64,000 bases of DNA. Source: Thermoanaerobaculia bacterium (GTDB lineage Bacteria > Acidobacteriota > Thermoanaerobaculia > Multivoradales > UBA5704). The stretch's first letter is position 1. Each line of letters starts with the position of its first letter. The translations under genes and the position numbers were made by a program. Positions 29,842 through 38,582 of this stretch are shown piece by piece. The stretch is from the NCBI GenBank assembly GCA_036264355.1, contig DATARD010000080.1:14552-78551 (forward strand), in the 5' to 3' direction. The notes below the pieces were generated by a model, which had not been told where the DNA came from, did not search any database, and saw nothing but the letters and a program-made list of their open reading frames with translations.

Positions 29842-29863
29842 GCGATCCAGGAGGAGCTTAGAG

Positions 29864-31237
29864 ATGGATCGGCATATTTCTAAAGAGGAGATTGTTCGCG
29901 CCTTCTCTGGAGAGGCTTCTCAACCCGACGTGGTCTACGCCGTGCCGCATTTAAGCCACTGCCGGTTGTGCTGGAATTCGGCGGCCAACGTGATCTCCCA
30001 GCTCAAGCGTGAGGGCCGCCTGAAGAGATTCGGCGACGGCCGGGCGGCCATCGTCGCCCTGGTCGAGGAGGAGGGAAGAAGGACAGCCCGGCTCATGAGG
30101 GCTCGAGCCTGGTGGGAGGAGTTGGCGGAATTGGGCCCGACAGAACAGATCGAAAGGGTTAAACTTGTCGGTGCGTTCCAGACAGGCGAGCTGTTCGAGA
30201 CGATCCTGACGGAGTCTCGCTCAGTCTGGGGCAGTGATCCCTACCTGGCGGAGCATTCGGCATTGACCGCGCACTTCCTGGTCGACCATCTGCCCGGTGC
30301 GCAATTCTCCGAGCTTACCAAGAACAGGTACAAGGCGGCAGCCATGAGCGTGGCAGGCAACAGCCGCCGGCTGATGGGAGATTGGCTTGGCTCGGCCGCG
30401 GCTTTTGGCGCAGCCAGGAACTACCTAAAGGACAACATGGATACCTTGGAGGAAGCCGCCCTGCTTTCAGTGCAAGCGTCGCTGGACTGCGACAAGGGTA
30501 ACGTTGAGGCGGCTTCCGGCCTGCTGGCGAGAGCGGCGGCCATTTACGAGAAGGCTGGCCACAAAGGTGAGTTGGGTAAAATGCTCGTTCAGGAGGCGCA
30601 GGCACTCTTTATCGCCAACGCGTTCGACAGGGCCATCGGTAAGGCAGAAGAGGCGCTCCTGCTTCTTCCGCCATTCAGTGTCTTTCTTGTGGCGTCCGCG
30701 AAAAGTCTCGTCACAGAAAGCCTGGCTATGACAGATCGCGTGGACGAAGCAGTCCGGAACTTCGAGGAGACGCGCCATCTCTATGAGGAGCTCGGCGAGG
30801 ATTTCAAACTTCAATCTCTTCGGCTTCAAGCTCGACTTTTGGATGGGCTTGGCTCGGCGCGTGAGTCCGAAAAGCTCTTTCGGAAGGCCATCAAGGGCTT
30901 TTCTGACAAAGAGCTCTACAAGGATGCGTTTCTCGCCCGGCTCGCGCTCCTGGAATCCCTCTTCAAGAGAGATGCTGTTCTGAAAGCGGAGCGGCTCTGC
31001 GAGGAGGCGATCGACCAGCTTCAGAAGACGGAAAGAATTCACTCGCAGATCATCAAGGTCTGGCAAGGCCTCCTGTCTCACATCCAATCTCAGCGGCTCA
31101 AAATCTATCACCTCGCAGAGGTAAGGGATTACCTGGCGCGGCACTGGGCAATACCCGCCGCGCGGCCACCGTTCTCCTCCGGATCTGGTTTTCCAGGAAG
31201 CGGCGTGACGGCTCCCCGGCTGCCGGGTCGCGATTGA
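29864..31237 (+). CDS. zf-HC2-like N-terminus + TPR-like helical repeat protein (457 aa)
   Basis: ATG is preceded by AGGAGGA. PHLSHCRLCW (H-x3-C-x2-C) is followed by a long all-helical repeat region. Visibly lower GC than its neighbours. Confidence 0.7.
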   Translation: MDRHISKEEIVRAFSGEASQPDVVYAVPHLSHCRLCWNSAANVISQLKREGRLKRFGDGRAAIVALVEEEGRRTARLMRARAWWEELAELGPTEQIERVKLVGAFQTGELFETILTESRSVWGSDPYLAEHSALTAHFLVDHLPGAQFSELTKNRYKAAAMSVAGNSRRLMGDWLGSAAAFGAARNYLKDNMDTLEEAALLSVQASLDCDKGNVEAASGLLARAAAIYEKAGHKGELGKMLVQEAQALFIANAFDRAIGKAEEALLLLPPFSVFLVASAKSLVTESLAMTDRVDEAVRNFEETRHLYEELGEDFKLQSLRLQARLLDGLGSARESEKLFRKAIKGFSDKELYKDAFLARLALLESLFKRDAVLKAERLCEEAIDQLQKTERIHSQIIKVWQGLLSHIQSQRLKIYHLAEVRDYLARHWAIPAARPPFSSGSGFPGSGVTAPRLPGRD

Positions 31238-31298
31238 CCGAACAGAACGGACGCCCTAGTCGTCTGTCAACGCAGAGCCGTAGGGTGCGCTTTGCGCA

Positions 31299-31397
31299 GC
31301 CGCCGACCACGCCGCGGCGTTCGCGGGCGCCGGGTCAGACCCGACGCACCCGCGGGCCAACAATCGTTGAACCTGACGAACGATCTTTGACTCCATG
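31299..31397 (+). repeat. Left copy of a ~90-100-bp direct repeat; relic of an NmrA-like gene 3' end
   Basis: GCCGCCGACCACGC(C/A)GCGGCGTTCG, then ATCGTTGAACCTGACGA(A/G)CGATCT, then ACTCCATG, is shared with 34352-34436 (with indels). In the NmrA frame it reads AADHAAAFAGAGSDPTHPRANNR*, versus AADHAAAFGVGNDR* at the real gene end. Confidence 0.6.
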
Positions 31398-31420
31398 CGC
31401 GAGCAGAGCCGCCCATAGCG

Positions 31421-32224
31421 TCACACCGCTGGAACTGTGCCGCCGTCGATGACATATTCGCTGCCGTTGATGGAGGCTGCCCGGTCGGAGACGAGGAATG
31501 CGACCAGCTCTGCCACCTCTTCGGGCCTGCCGGGCCGGCCGATCGGGATGCCGCCGAGCGAATCCATCAGTCCCTGACGGGCAGCGGCTTCGTCGGTGCC
31601 GGCCTTTTCCGCAAGGCGGGAGATCAGGCGATGGGCGGCTGCGGTTTCGATAAAACCGGGCGCGACGGTGTTGACCCGAATGCCCTTGGGTCCAAGTTCC
31701 TTCGACAGCCCCTTGCTATACGTGGTCAGCGCGGCTTTGGCGGCCGCGTAGGCGAGCGTCGCCTCGAACAGCGGCAGCCGCCGCTGAATCGATGAAATAT
31801 GGATGATGACTCCGGATCGCTGCTTCAGCATCCCGGGAAGGAATGCGCGGTCGAGCCGAACGGCAGGGAAAAGATTGAGATCGATCTCCTTCTGCCAATC
31901 CTCGTCTGTGAGCGCGAGCACGCCACCGCTCGGCGCACTCGAGCCGCCAACGACGTTGACCAGTATGTCGAGACCGCCGAAGCGCTGGAGCACTTGCTCT
32001 GCCACCCTGTCCACGCCTTGGCGCGTGCTGATGTCGGCCTGAACGAACAATTCCACCGCTTGCCCTTCAGGCAAGGGTGAGCGCGCGGTCGTTGCAACCG
32101 TTGCGCCGCTGACGACAAGACGTCGCACGATGGCTGCTCCCATACCGTCGGTGCCGCCGGTGACGAGTACGCGCTTGCCGGCGAATTCCGCAGGGTCGAA
32201 CGAAAACCGCGGCGCCGAGCCCAT
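31421..32224 (-). CDS. Short-chain dehydrogenase/reductase (SDR)
   Basis: 267 aa: [16 protein letters not shown] (TGxxxGxG), NVVG, and YAAAKAAL (YxxxK). Confidence 0.9.
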   Translation of the reverse strand: MGSAPRFSFDPAEFAGKRVLVTGGTDGMGAAIVRRLVVSGATVATTARSPLPEGQAVELFVQADISTRQGVDRVAEQVLQRFGGLDILVNVVGGSSAPSGGVLALTDEDWQKEIDLNLFPAVRLDRAFLPGMLKQRSGVIIHISSIQRRLPLFEATLAYAAAKAALTTYSKGLSKELGPKGIRVNTVAPGFIETAAAHRLISRLAEKAGTDEAAARQGLMDSLGGIPIGRPGRPEEVAELVAFLVSDRAASINGSEYVIDGGTVPAV

Positions 32225-32553
32225 CAGCTGATCTCCAGACGTTCGATCTGTCCGCCATTCAGGGTGAAGGCATAGCGAAGCTCGATCGGACTGCCAGGGA
32301 AATTGCCCGAGATCCTGCCGGTCACAATCGTCCTGCCGTTCGTCTCGGCAACGTCGAGCGCCTCGACCGTCGGATGATATTTCTCGCTCACCTCCTCGGC
32401 CCACCTGCGGATGGCGGCAATGCCTCGCCGCTCTCGCTTCTCGTCGTGGACGACGGCACCTTGGCTGAAGCATGCCGCCACCGCATCGATGTCTTGAGCG
32501 TTCGCCGCCGCAATGTAGGTTGCAATCGGTGGCGCAAGTTTTGTGGTTGGCAT
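32224..32553 (-). CDS. SnoaL/NTF2-like small protein
   Basis: 109 aa from [38 protein letters not shown], a typical SnoaL-like N-terminus. Its stop overlaps the SDR start by 1 nt. Confidence 0.7.
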   Translation of the reverse strand: MPTTKLAPPIATYIAAANAQDIDAVAACFSQGAVVHDEKRERRGIAAIRRWAEEVSEKYHPTVEALDVAETNGRTIVTGRISGNFPGSPIELRYAFTLNGGQIERLEIS

Positions 32554-32607
32554 ATCGTTCCTTTGCTGTGCGTTGCCTCGCCCTGAGAATGGGACTACGC
32601 TAACCAA

Positions 32608-33018
32608 ATGACAAGTACGCACGAAAAAGTAAGTCGCTCACCTGAGGGTAAGCGCGCTGAGCACACGCCGATTTCTGCGGCGCAGGCGATAGAGCAAGCG
32701 CTCAAACTCGTCGAAGGCCGCTGGAAGTTGCTGATCCTGTTTCATCTGTTTGGCGGCAAGGTCCTGCGCTTCTCCGACCTGGAGCGCGCGATTCCGGCGA
32801 TCTCCCAAAAGATGCTCGCGCAGCAGCTTCGCCGGTTGGAGGCCGACGGCGTCGTGCAGCGAATCGTCCACAACCAGGTGCCGCCGAAGGTGGAGTACTG
32901 CCTCACGACGTGGGGGCAGTCGCTATGTCCAGCGCTCGACGCGCTGCTGAAATGGGCCGGGATGCGCGGCGTGGGCACCGGCTCAGCCGTGATCGGGCGG
33001 TCCGAATCAGGTGGTTAG
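32608..33018 (+). CDS. HxlR-family winged-helix transcriptional regulator
   Basis: LVEGRWKLLILFHLFGGKVLRFSDLERAIPAISQKMLAQQLRRLEADGVVQR...PPKVEYCLT. Divergent from the SnoaL-SDR operon. Confidence 0.85.
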   Translation: MTSTHEKVSRSPEGKRAEHTPISAAQAIEQALKLVEGRWKLLILFHLFGGKVLRFSDLERAIPAISQKMLAQQLRRLEADGVVQRIVHNQVPPKVEYCLTTWGQSLCPALDALLKWAGMRGVGTGSAVIGRSESGG

Positions 33019-33079
33019 GGCGTCACGAAGGCCCTGGTCCGTGCCGTCTCCGACTCACGCGACGTATCCGTCGGGAGGG

Positions 33080-33519
33080 CCGGACGGGAGGGAGCGCGAG
33101 CCGGACGGGAGGGAGCGCGAGCCGGACTGGAGGGAGTGAGAGCCGGACTGGAGGGAACGATAGCCGGACTGGAGGGAACGAGAGCCGGACTGGAGGGAGT
33201 GAGGACCGGACTGGAGGGAGTGAGAGCCGGATGGAGGGAACGAGAGCCGGACTGGAGGGAAGGAGGACCGGACTGGAGGGAACGAGGACCGGACTGGAGG
33301 GAGCAAGGGCCGGACTGGAGGGAGCGAGGGCCGGACTGGAGGGACCGAGAACCGGACTGGAGGGAGTGAGAGCCGGACTGGAGGGAGCGAGGACCGGACT
33401 GGAGGGAACGAGAGCCGGACTGGAGGGAACGAGGGCCGGACTGGAGGGAGCGTGAGCCGGACTGGAGGGAGCGAGGACCGGACTGGAGGGAGCGTGAGCC
33501 GGATGACGGGGAGCGAGAG
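33080..33519 (+). repeat. Tandem repeat, ~21 units of 21 bp (CCGGACTGGAGGGAGCGAGAG), purine-rich on + strand
   Basis: Units start at 33080, 33101, 33122 ... 33499. One unit (33227) is 20 nt. Every unit carries GGAGGGAG (SD-like). The last unit, ccggATGacggggagcgagag, supplies the NmrA-like start codon. Confidence 0.9.
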
Positions 33520-34396
33520 ACGGACGGTACTCGTGACGGGTGCCACGGGCCGGGTCGGACGCCTCGTGGTCGACGAGTTGTTGCGCACCGGTGTGCCTGT
33601 ACGCGCGCTCACGCGCCGGCCGGAACACGCGGCGCTCCCCGCCGGCGTCGAGGTCGTGGCGGGCGACCTCACCGACCCCGCGTCGCTCGACCCCGCACTC
33701 GAGGGGGCCGTGGCCGTGTTCCTCGTTTGGACCGCGGCACCGGCGACCGCCCCAGCCGTCGTCGCGCGGCTCGCGGAGCACCCGTCGCCGCAGCCTCGGC
33801 GTATTGTCTATCTCTCAGCACCCCACCGGACGCCGCACCCGTTCTTTCAGCAACCCAATCCGATGCGGGACCTTCATGCCGAAGTCGAGCGCCTGCTCGC
33901 GGCCACCGGTCTCGAGGTCGCGGTCCTCCGGCCGGGGATGTTCGCCTCGAACGTGCTCCACTGGTGGGCGCCGCAGATCCGGATCGGCGACGTGGTGCGC
34001 TGGCCCTACGCGGCCGCCGAGACAGCCCCAATCGACGAGCGTGACATCGCGGCCGTGGCCGCGCGCGTGCTGCTCGACGCGCGGCACGCGCGAGGCGACT
34101 TCGTCCTCACCGGCCCCGAGTCGCTGAGCCAGGCCGCGCAGGTCCACACGATCGGCGATGCCATTGGGCGGCCACTGCGGTTGGAGGAACTGTCGCCCGA
34201 CGAGTTCCGCCGCGACACGGCGGGGACATGGCCGGGCGGAGTCGTGGAGATGCTGCTTGCCGCGTGGAAGGCGACACTCGGACATCCGGCGTTCGTCACG
34301 TCCGCCGTGCACGAGATCCTCGGCTCACCACCGCGGTCGTTCCACCAGTGGGCCGCCGACCACGCAGCGGCGTTCGGCGTGGGTAACGATCGTTGA
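33503..34396 (+). CDS. NmrA-like/atypical SDR NAD(P)-binding protein
   Basis: MTGSERRTVLVTGATGRVGRLVVDELLRTGVPVRALTR (GxxGxxG Rossmann), 297 aa. The first 7 codons are a degenerate unit of the upstream array. Confidence 0.85.
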   Translation: MTGSERRTVLVTGATGRVGRLVVDELLRTGVPVRALTRRPEHAALPAGVEVVAGDLTDPASLDPALEGAVAVFLVWTAAPATAPAVVARLAEHPSPQPRRIVYLSAPHRTPHPFFQQPNPMRDLHAEVERLLAATGLEVAVLRPGMFASNVLHWWAPQIRIGDVVRWPYAAAETAPIDERDIAAVAARVLLDARHARGDFVLTGPESLSQAAQVHTIGDAIGRPLRLEELSPDEFRRDTAGTWPGGVVEMLLAAWKATLGHPAFVTSAVHEILGSPPRSFHQWAADHAAAFGVGNDR

Positions 34397-34451
34397 ACCT
34401 GACGAGCGATCTGCGGATGGCCCGCTTCACTCCATGGCTCCTCCGATTCCG

Positions 34452-34820
34452 ATGACTCACCGACTTTTCGTTTACGGAACGCTCGCCCCGGGTCGGCCCA
34501 ACGAACACATCTTGGCGGATGTCCCGGGAAGGTGGGAGCCAGCGACGGTCATTGGCACGTTGCTTCAAGAAGGCTGGGGTGCAGCGGTGGGCTATCCGGG
34601 AATCATCTTGGATGAGCACGGCGGCGAAGTCGAAGGCTTTCTCTTCAGCTCGGAGAGTCTGGCTGAGCATTGGGCACGGCTCGATGAGTTTGAGGGTGAA
34701 GGCTATGAGCGCGTCCTGATCAAGGTGAAGCTCCAGAACGGTACGGCCGTAGAAGCCTACACCTACGGGCTCAGCGGAAAGGGCTCGCCGCTCAGTCCAA
34801 CTCGGACCGGGTTGGAGTAG
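34452..34820 (+). CDS. Gamma-glutamylcyclotransferase (AIG2/GGCT-like)
   Basis: LFVYGTLAPGRPNEH...GYPGI...VEGFLF...WARLDEFEGEGYERV is the YGTL...E signature of GGCT-like proteins. Confidence 0.85.
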   Translation: MTHRLFVYGTLAPGRPNEHILADVPGRWEPATVIGTLLQEGWGAAVGYPGIILDEHGGEVEGFLFSSESLAEHWARLDEFEGEGYERVLIKVKLQNGTAVEAYTYGLSGKGSPLSPTRTGLE

Positions 34821-34925
34821 GCTCCTTCGAGAGGGGGAACGAGGATGAAGCTCGCCGAGTTGCGGCAGGACTTATCGCCCTGCGGCGCCAAGTGATGTTG
34901 GGTGACTGATTAGGATGACTGATAA

Positions 34926-35003
34926 AACCGCGAAATCGCCGGTTCACTCGCCACTCGCAACGTGCGGGATTTCATCGAGTGTGGAGTGGGCCGAAGGCGA
35001 TGA
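34926..35003 (+). pseudogene. vapC (PIN toxin) 3' fragment
   Basis: Reads NREIAGSLATRNVRDFIECGVGRRR*. LATRNxxDF is the characteristic VapC C-terminal block. No 5' part is present. Confidence 0.5.
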
Positions 35004-35039
35004 ACCTCGACCGTTATCATGTACACACGCTGAAGCGAT

Positions 35040-35336
35040 CTACCCTTCGAGCTCTGCCGGATCGAGCAGGCGGCGACTGTGGCGGACTGTCAGAACAGAG
35101 ATTTGACTGGCATCGATTCGATAGATAATTCGGTAGTTCCCATAGCTCAGCTCGCGGTGGTCCTCTTTCTTCAACTCCGGGACCTTCCGCCCCAGCCTGG
35201 GAAGCTCCGCCAAGCTCTCCGTGGCGGCGAAGAGCCCCTCCAGCCATTTTGCAGCGGCTCCCGGCTTGTCTTGAGCGATGAAGTGCGCCTGCTCGACCGC
35301 TCGGTCGATGGCGAGCGGGGACCAGATGACATTCAA
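35040..35336 (-). CDS. parE: ParE/RelE-family toxin
   Basis: 98 aa: IWSPLAIDRAVEQAHFIAQDKPGAAAKWLEGLF...LPRLGRKVPEL...RELSYGNYRIIYRI...ISVLTVRHSRR. A TTG start overlaps the antitoxin stop (TTGA). Confidence 0.85.
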   Translation of the reverse strand: MNVIWSPLAIDRAVEQAHFIAQDKPGAAAKWLEGLFAATESLAELPRLGRKVPELKKEDHRELSYGNYRIIYRIDASQISVLTVRHSRRLLDPAELEG

Positions 35337-35614
35337 TCCGAAAGCCTCGCCAGGGCCTGCCTCTTCGCCTCCTCCTGGGGAACTCCGAGGCCGTCCTCGA
35401 TCTGGCGTGCCGCGGTCTGGAGATCACGGAGAAGCTCCAGCTCCTCAAGAAGCTGCTGATACTCGCGGATGGCGAGAACGACCGCCGAGGAGTGGCCTCT
35501 CTGGGTGAGGACCAAGGCCCTCCCGGTTTCTCGGATCTTCTGAATCAGGGCCGCGGCGTCCGCGCGGAACTCGGACAGGGGCCGGATGTCTTCTTCGAGG
35601 TTGAGGCTGATCAT
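35333..35614 (-). CDS. Phd/YefM-family antitoxin
   Basis: From MISLNLEEDIRPLSEFRADAAALIQKIRETGRALVLTQRGHSSAVVLAIREYQQL, with SD GGAGGT upstream. Confidence 0.85.
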   Translation of the reverse strand: MISLNLEEDIRPLSEFRADAAALIQKIRETGRALVLTQRGHSSAVVLAIREYQQLLEELELLRDLQTAARQIEDGLGVPQEEAKRQALARLSD

Positions 35615-35670
35615 GGTCCGGTACCTCCAAAAGTACAAGCAATGGTACCACCAACCAAACCCTGCGAGCC

Positions 35671-35865
35671 ATGATCATCCTCGACACCGACATCGTCTCG
35701 GAAAGCGGCGACGCTCCTTGGAAGAGGTTTCGAGAAAATCCTGACGGGAGCTTTCGCGGGCCGCATCCTCTCCTTTGATGAGTCGGCCAGCCACCGGTCG
35801 CCACCCGCAACGTGCGGGATTTCATCGAGTGCGGAGTAGAGATCATCACCCCCTTCAACGCATGA
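35671..35865 (+). pseudogene. vapC pseudogene with internal deletions and a frameshift
   Basis: Starts MIILDTDIVSE (PIN N-terminus). It later reads AGRILSFDESA, and after a frameshift VATRNVRDFIECGVEIITPFNA*. About 65 codons remain of a normally ~130-aa protein. Confidence 0.6.
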
Positions 35866-35877
35866 GATCAGGTCGCC

Positions 35878-37569
35878 TCACCCCGGATACACCACCACCC
35901 GCCGGTAGGGTTCCTCTCCTTTGCTGCTCGAAGTGAGGCCGTAGCGCTCGACGATCTGGTGCTGGAGGCGGCGGAGGTGGTTGTTGCGCGGGGCGAGCTC
36001 GATCGGGTTGCCTTGGCCGAGGACGGCGTCGATGGCGTCTTCGACGTCGCGCAGGGCCGCTTCGTCGTCCGCCGTGACGTCGCCGTCGCCGAGGCCGAAG
36101 AAGGCGCGGAGGAAGTTTTCCATCTGGGCGATGGTGTTGCTCTTGATGATCTGCACCGGGACGTTCTTCGCTGCGGCGTCGCGCAGGCGGCGCGGCTGGC
36201 GGCGCTCCTGGGCTTTCAGGCTGATGACGAGATCGGCTTCGTCCAGGTTTTCGACGAGGACGACGGGCACCCGCAGCTTGCGCAGGGCGCGCTCGAATTT
36301 GTCCTTGCTGACGGCGTAGGGGAAGACGCGGACGGTCTTGCCGCGCGCGGCCTTGCGCGCCGCGGCCGCCTCGGGCTCGGTGCTCGGAGAGGCGGCGTGG
36401 ATGGGCGGGGCCGGCGGCGGCGGCCCCAGCTCCCAGGGATTCGGATCGGCCGGACGCGCTCTCTTCCGGCCGCCGTTGCGGCCCGGACCCTGCGGCCCGC
36501 GCCGGGACGACGGCGAGCGCGGTGAATCCCCCCAGGGAGTCTCCGGCCGTTTCATCTCCTCCCGTTCGGACTTGCGGATCTCGACCCCGCCTTCCGGTGT
36601 GCGGGTGCGCAGCTCGGGGCGCGGCGGCACGTCGCGCAGGAAGCGGTCCACCACCTCGGCGACGTCGCTGTGCACGGCCAGGCGATCCTTGTCCTGGATC
36701 TCGATCAGGACGTCGAAGGTGGGCGGGGCCTTGCGTTCGAGGACGGTCTTCTGGGTGCCGCGCCGCCGTGCCTCCTCGTCGGACAGGGTGACCGCATGGA
36801 TGCCGCCGACCAAATCTGACAGGGTGGGGTTCTGCAACAGGTTGTCCAGCGTGTTGCCGTGGGCCGTGGCGACCAGTTGCACGCCGCGCTCGGCGATGGT
36901 GCGCGCCGCCAGGGCCTCGGCGGCGGTGCCGATCTCGTCGATCACGATCACCTGCGGCATGTGGTTCTCGACCGCCTCGATCATCACCCCGTGCTGCTCG
37001 TCGGGCGAGGGGACCTGCATCCGCCGCGCGCGGCCGATGCCGGGGTGCGGGATGTCGCCGTCGCCGGCGATCTCGTTCGAGGTGTCGACCACGATCACCC
37101 GCTTGCTCAACTCGTCGGCGAGCACCCGCGCCGCCTCGCGCAGCAGGGTGGTCTTGCCGACGCCCGGACGGCCGAGCAGGAGCATCGACTGGCCCGACTC
37201 GATGACGTCGCGCAGGATGTCCACCGTGCCGAAGACGGCGCGGCCCACCCGGCAGGTGAGGCCGATGACGTCGCCCACCCGGTTGCGGATGGCCGAGACG
37301 CGGTGGAGCGTGCGCTCGATCCCCGCCCGGTTGTCCTTGCCGAAGCGGCCGACGCGGGCCACCACCCAGGCGATGTCGTCGTGGCTGACCGCCTGGTCGG
37401 AGACGGTCTCCCCGCGGTCCGGGTAGCGGACCTCGGGCAGGCGGCCGAGATCGAGGACGATCTCCACCAGCGCCCCCTTGTCGGGCCGCGGCTCGATGAC
37501 CTGGCGCAGGCGCGGCGGCATGACGTCCAGCAGCAGCTCCAGGTCGTCGGTGATCTGTTCTCCCGTCAC
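35878..37569 (-). CDS. Ycf45/SpoIIIAA-like AAA ATPase with C-terminal R3H domain
   Basis: Walker [17 protein letters not shown], Walker [10 protein letters not shown], and [15 protein letters not shown]-terminus [39 protein letters not shown] (R3H). Confidence 0.85.
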   Translation of the reverse strand: MTGEQITDDLELLLDVMPPRLRQVIEPRPDKGALVEIVLDLGRLPEVRYPDRGETVSDQAVSHDDIAWVVARVGRFGKDNRAGIERTLHRVSAIRNRVGDVIGLTCRVGRAVFGTVDILRDVIESGQSMLLLGRPGVGKTTLLREAARVLADELSKRVIVVDTSNEIAGDGDIPHPGIGRARRMQVPSPDEQHGVMIEAVENHMPQVIVIDEIGTAAEALAARTIAERGVQLVATAHGNTLDNLLQNPTLSDLVGGIHAVTLSDEEARRRGTQKTVLERKAPPTFDVLIEIQDKDRLAVHSDVAEVVDRFLRDVPPRPELRTRTPEGGVEIRKSEREEMKRPETPWGDSPRSPSSRRGPQGPGRNGGRKRARPADPNPWELGPPPPAPPIHAASPSTEPEAAAARKAARGKTVRVFPYAVSKDKFERALRKLRVPVVLVENLDEADLVISLKAQERRQPRRLRDAAAKNVPVQIIKSNTIAQMENFLRAFFGLGDGDVTADDEAALRDVEDAIDAVLGQGNPIELAPRNNHLRRLQHQIVERYGLTSSSKGEEPYRRVVVYPG

Positions 37570-37689
37570 GGCCCCCTCCTTCGTCCTCGTGAGGCTACAA
37601 CGAATTCATGGCAAGATCGATGCCGAAACCCGCGGCCGGGATTCCGCGTAGGGCAGATGCGTATGAAACCTTCGAGGAGGAAACACAGC

Positions 37690-38535
37690 ATGCACAAGAA
37701 CTGGCTCCGCATCACGATCGCCGCTCTGGCTTTCGCCTCTCTCTCCGCCGGCGCCGCGCGCGCCGCCACGCTCAAGGAGACGTTCGCCCAGTCCTATCCC
37801 TTCTCCGCGGGGGGCACACTGACCCTGCGCAACGTCAATGGCGCGGTCACTCTCGACGCCTGGGACCGCAACGAGGTCCGCATCGAGGCCGACAAGGAAG
37901 TGAAGGCGAGCTCGGACGCCGACGCGAAGAAGATCATGGACCAGGTGAAGATCGACGTGCAGACCGCGGCGGGCGGCGTGCGCGTCGATACGAAGATCCC
38001 GAAACGGGATACCGGCTTCTTCGGCCTGTTCGGCAGCAACGCCAACGTCAACGTGACGTATCGCGTGCACCTGCCGCGCCGGGCCACGGTGGACGCCGGC
38101 ACGGTCAACGGGGCGGTCGCGCTCTCCGGCACGCAGGGCCCGGCCAAGCTGGCGACGACCAACGGCGCCATCAAGATCCATGACGTGGACGGCGACCTCG
38201 ATCTCGGCACGACCAACGGCGCGGTCGAAGCGGCGGGGATCGCCGGGACGGTGAAGGCGGACACGACGAACGGCCACATCGACCTGCAGTTCGCCCATGT
38301 CCCCAGCCGCGGTGATTCCACGGCATCGACCACCAACGGCGCGGTGACGGTGAAGATGCCGCACGGAGCCGCGGTGGAGGTCGATGCGGAGACCACCAAC
38401 GGCCGGGTGCAGAGCGACTTCCAGGTCGCCGGCGGCCAGTCGGGCAAGCGCCACCTCTCCGGCGCCATCAACGGCGGCGGCAGCAAGCTGCGCATCAGCA
38501 CCACGAACGGCGGGGTGCGGCTGGTCGAGGGATAG
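37690..38535 (+). CDS. DUF4097-family (putative adhesin/beta-helix) secreted protein
   Basis: ATG after GAGGAGG; signal peptide ...SLSAGAARAA. Repeated T(T)NGA(V/I) rungs: VNGAVTLD, VNGAVALS, TTNGAIKI, TTNGAVEA, TTNGHIDL, TTNGAVTV, TTNGRVQS, TTNGGVRL. Confidence 0.8.
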   Translation: MHKNWLRITIAALAFASLSAGAARAATLKETFAQSYPFSAGGTLTLRNVNGAVTLDAWDRNEVRIEADKEVKASSDADAKKIMDQVKIDVQTAAGGVRVDTKIPKRDTGFFGLFGSNANVNVTYRVHLPRRATVDAGTVNGAVALSGTQGPAKLATTNGAIKIHDVDGDLDLGTTNGAVEAAGIAGTVKADTTNGHIDLQFAHVPSRGDSTASTTNGAVTVKMPHGAAVEVDAETTNGRVQSDFQVAGGQSGKRHLSGAINGGGSKLRISTTNGGVRLVEG

Positions 38536-38582
38536 GGCCAGGGGCGTCCGCCGCGCTCCGGGGGTGCTAGCATCTGTCCGCG

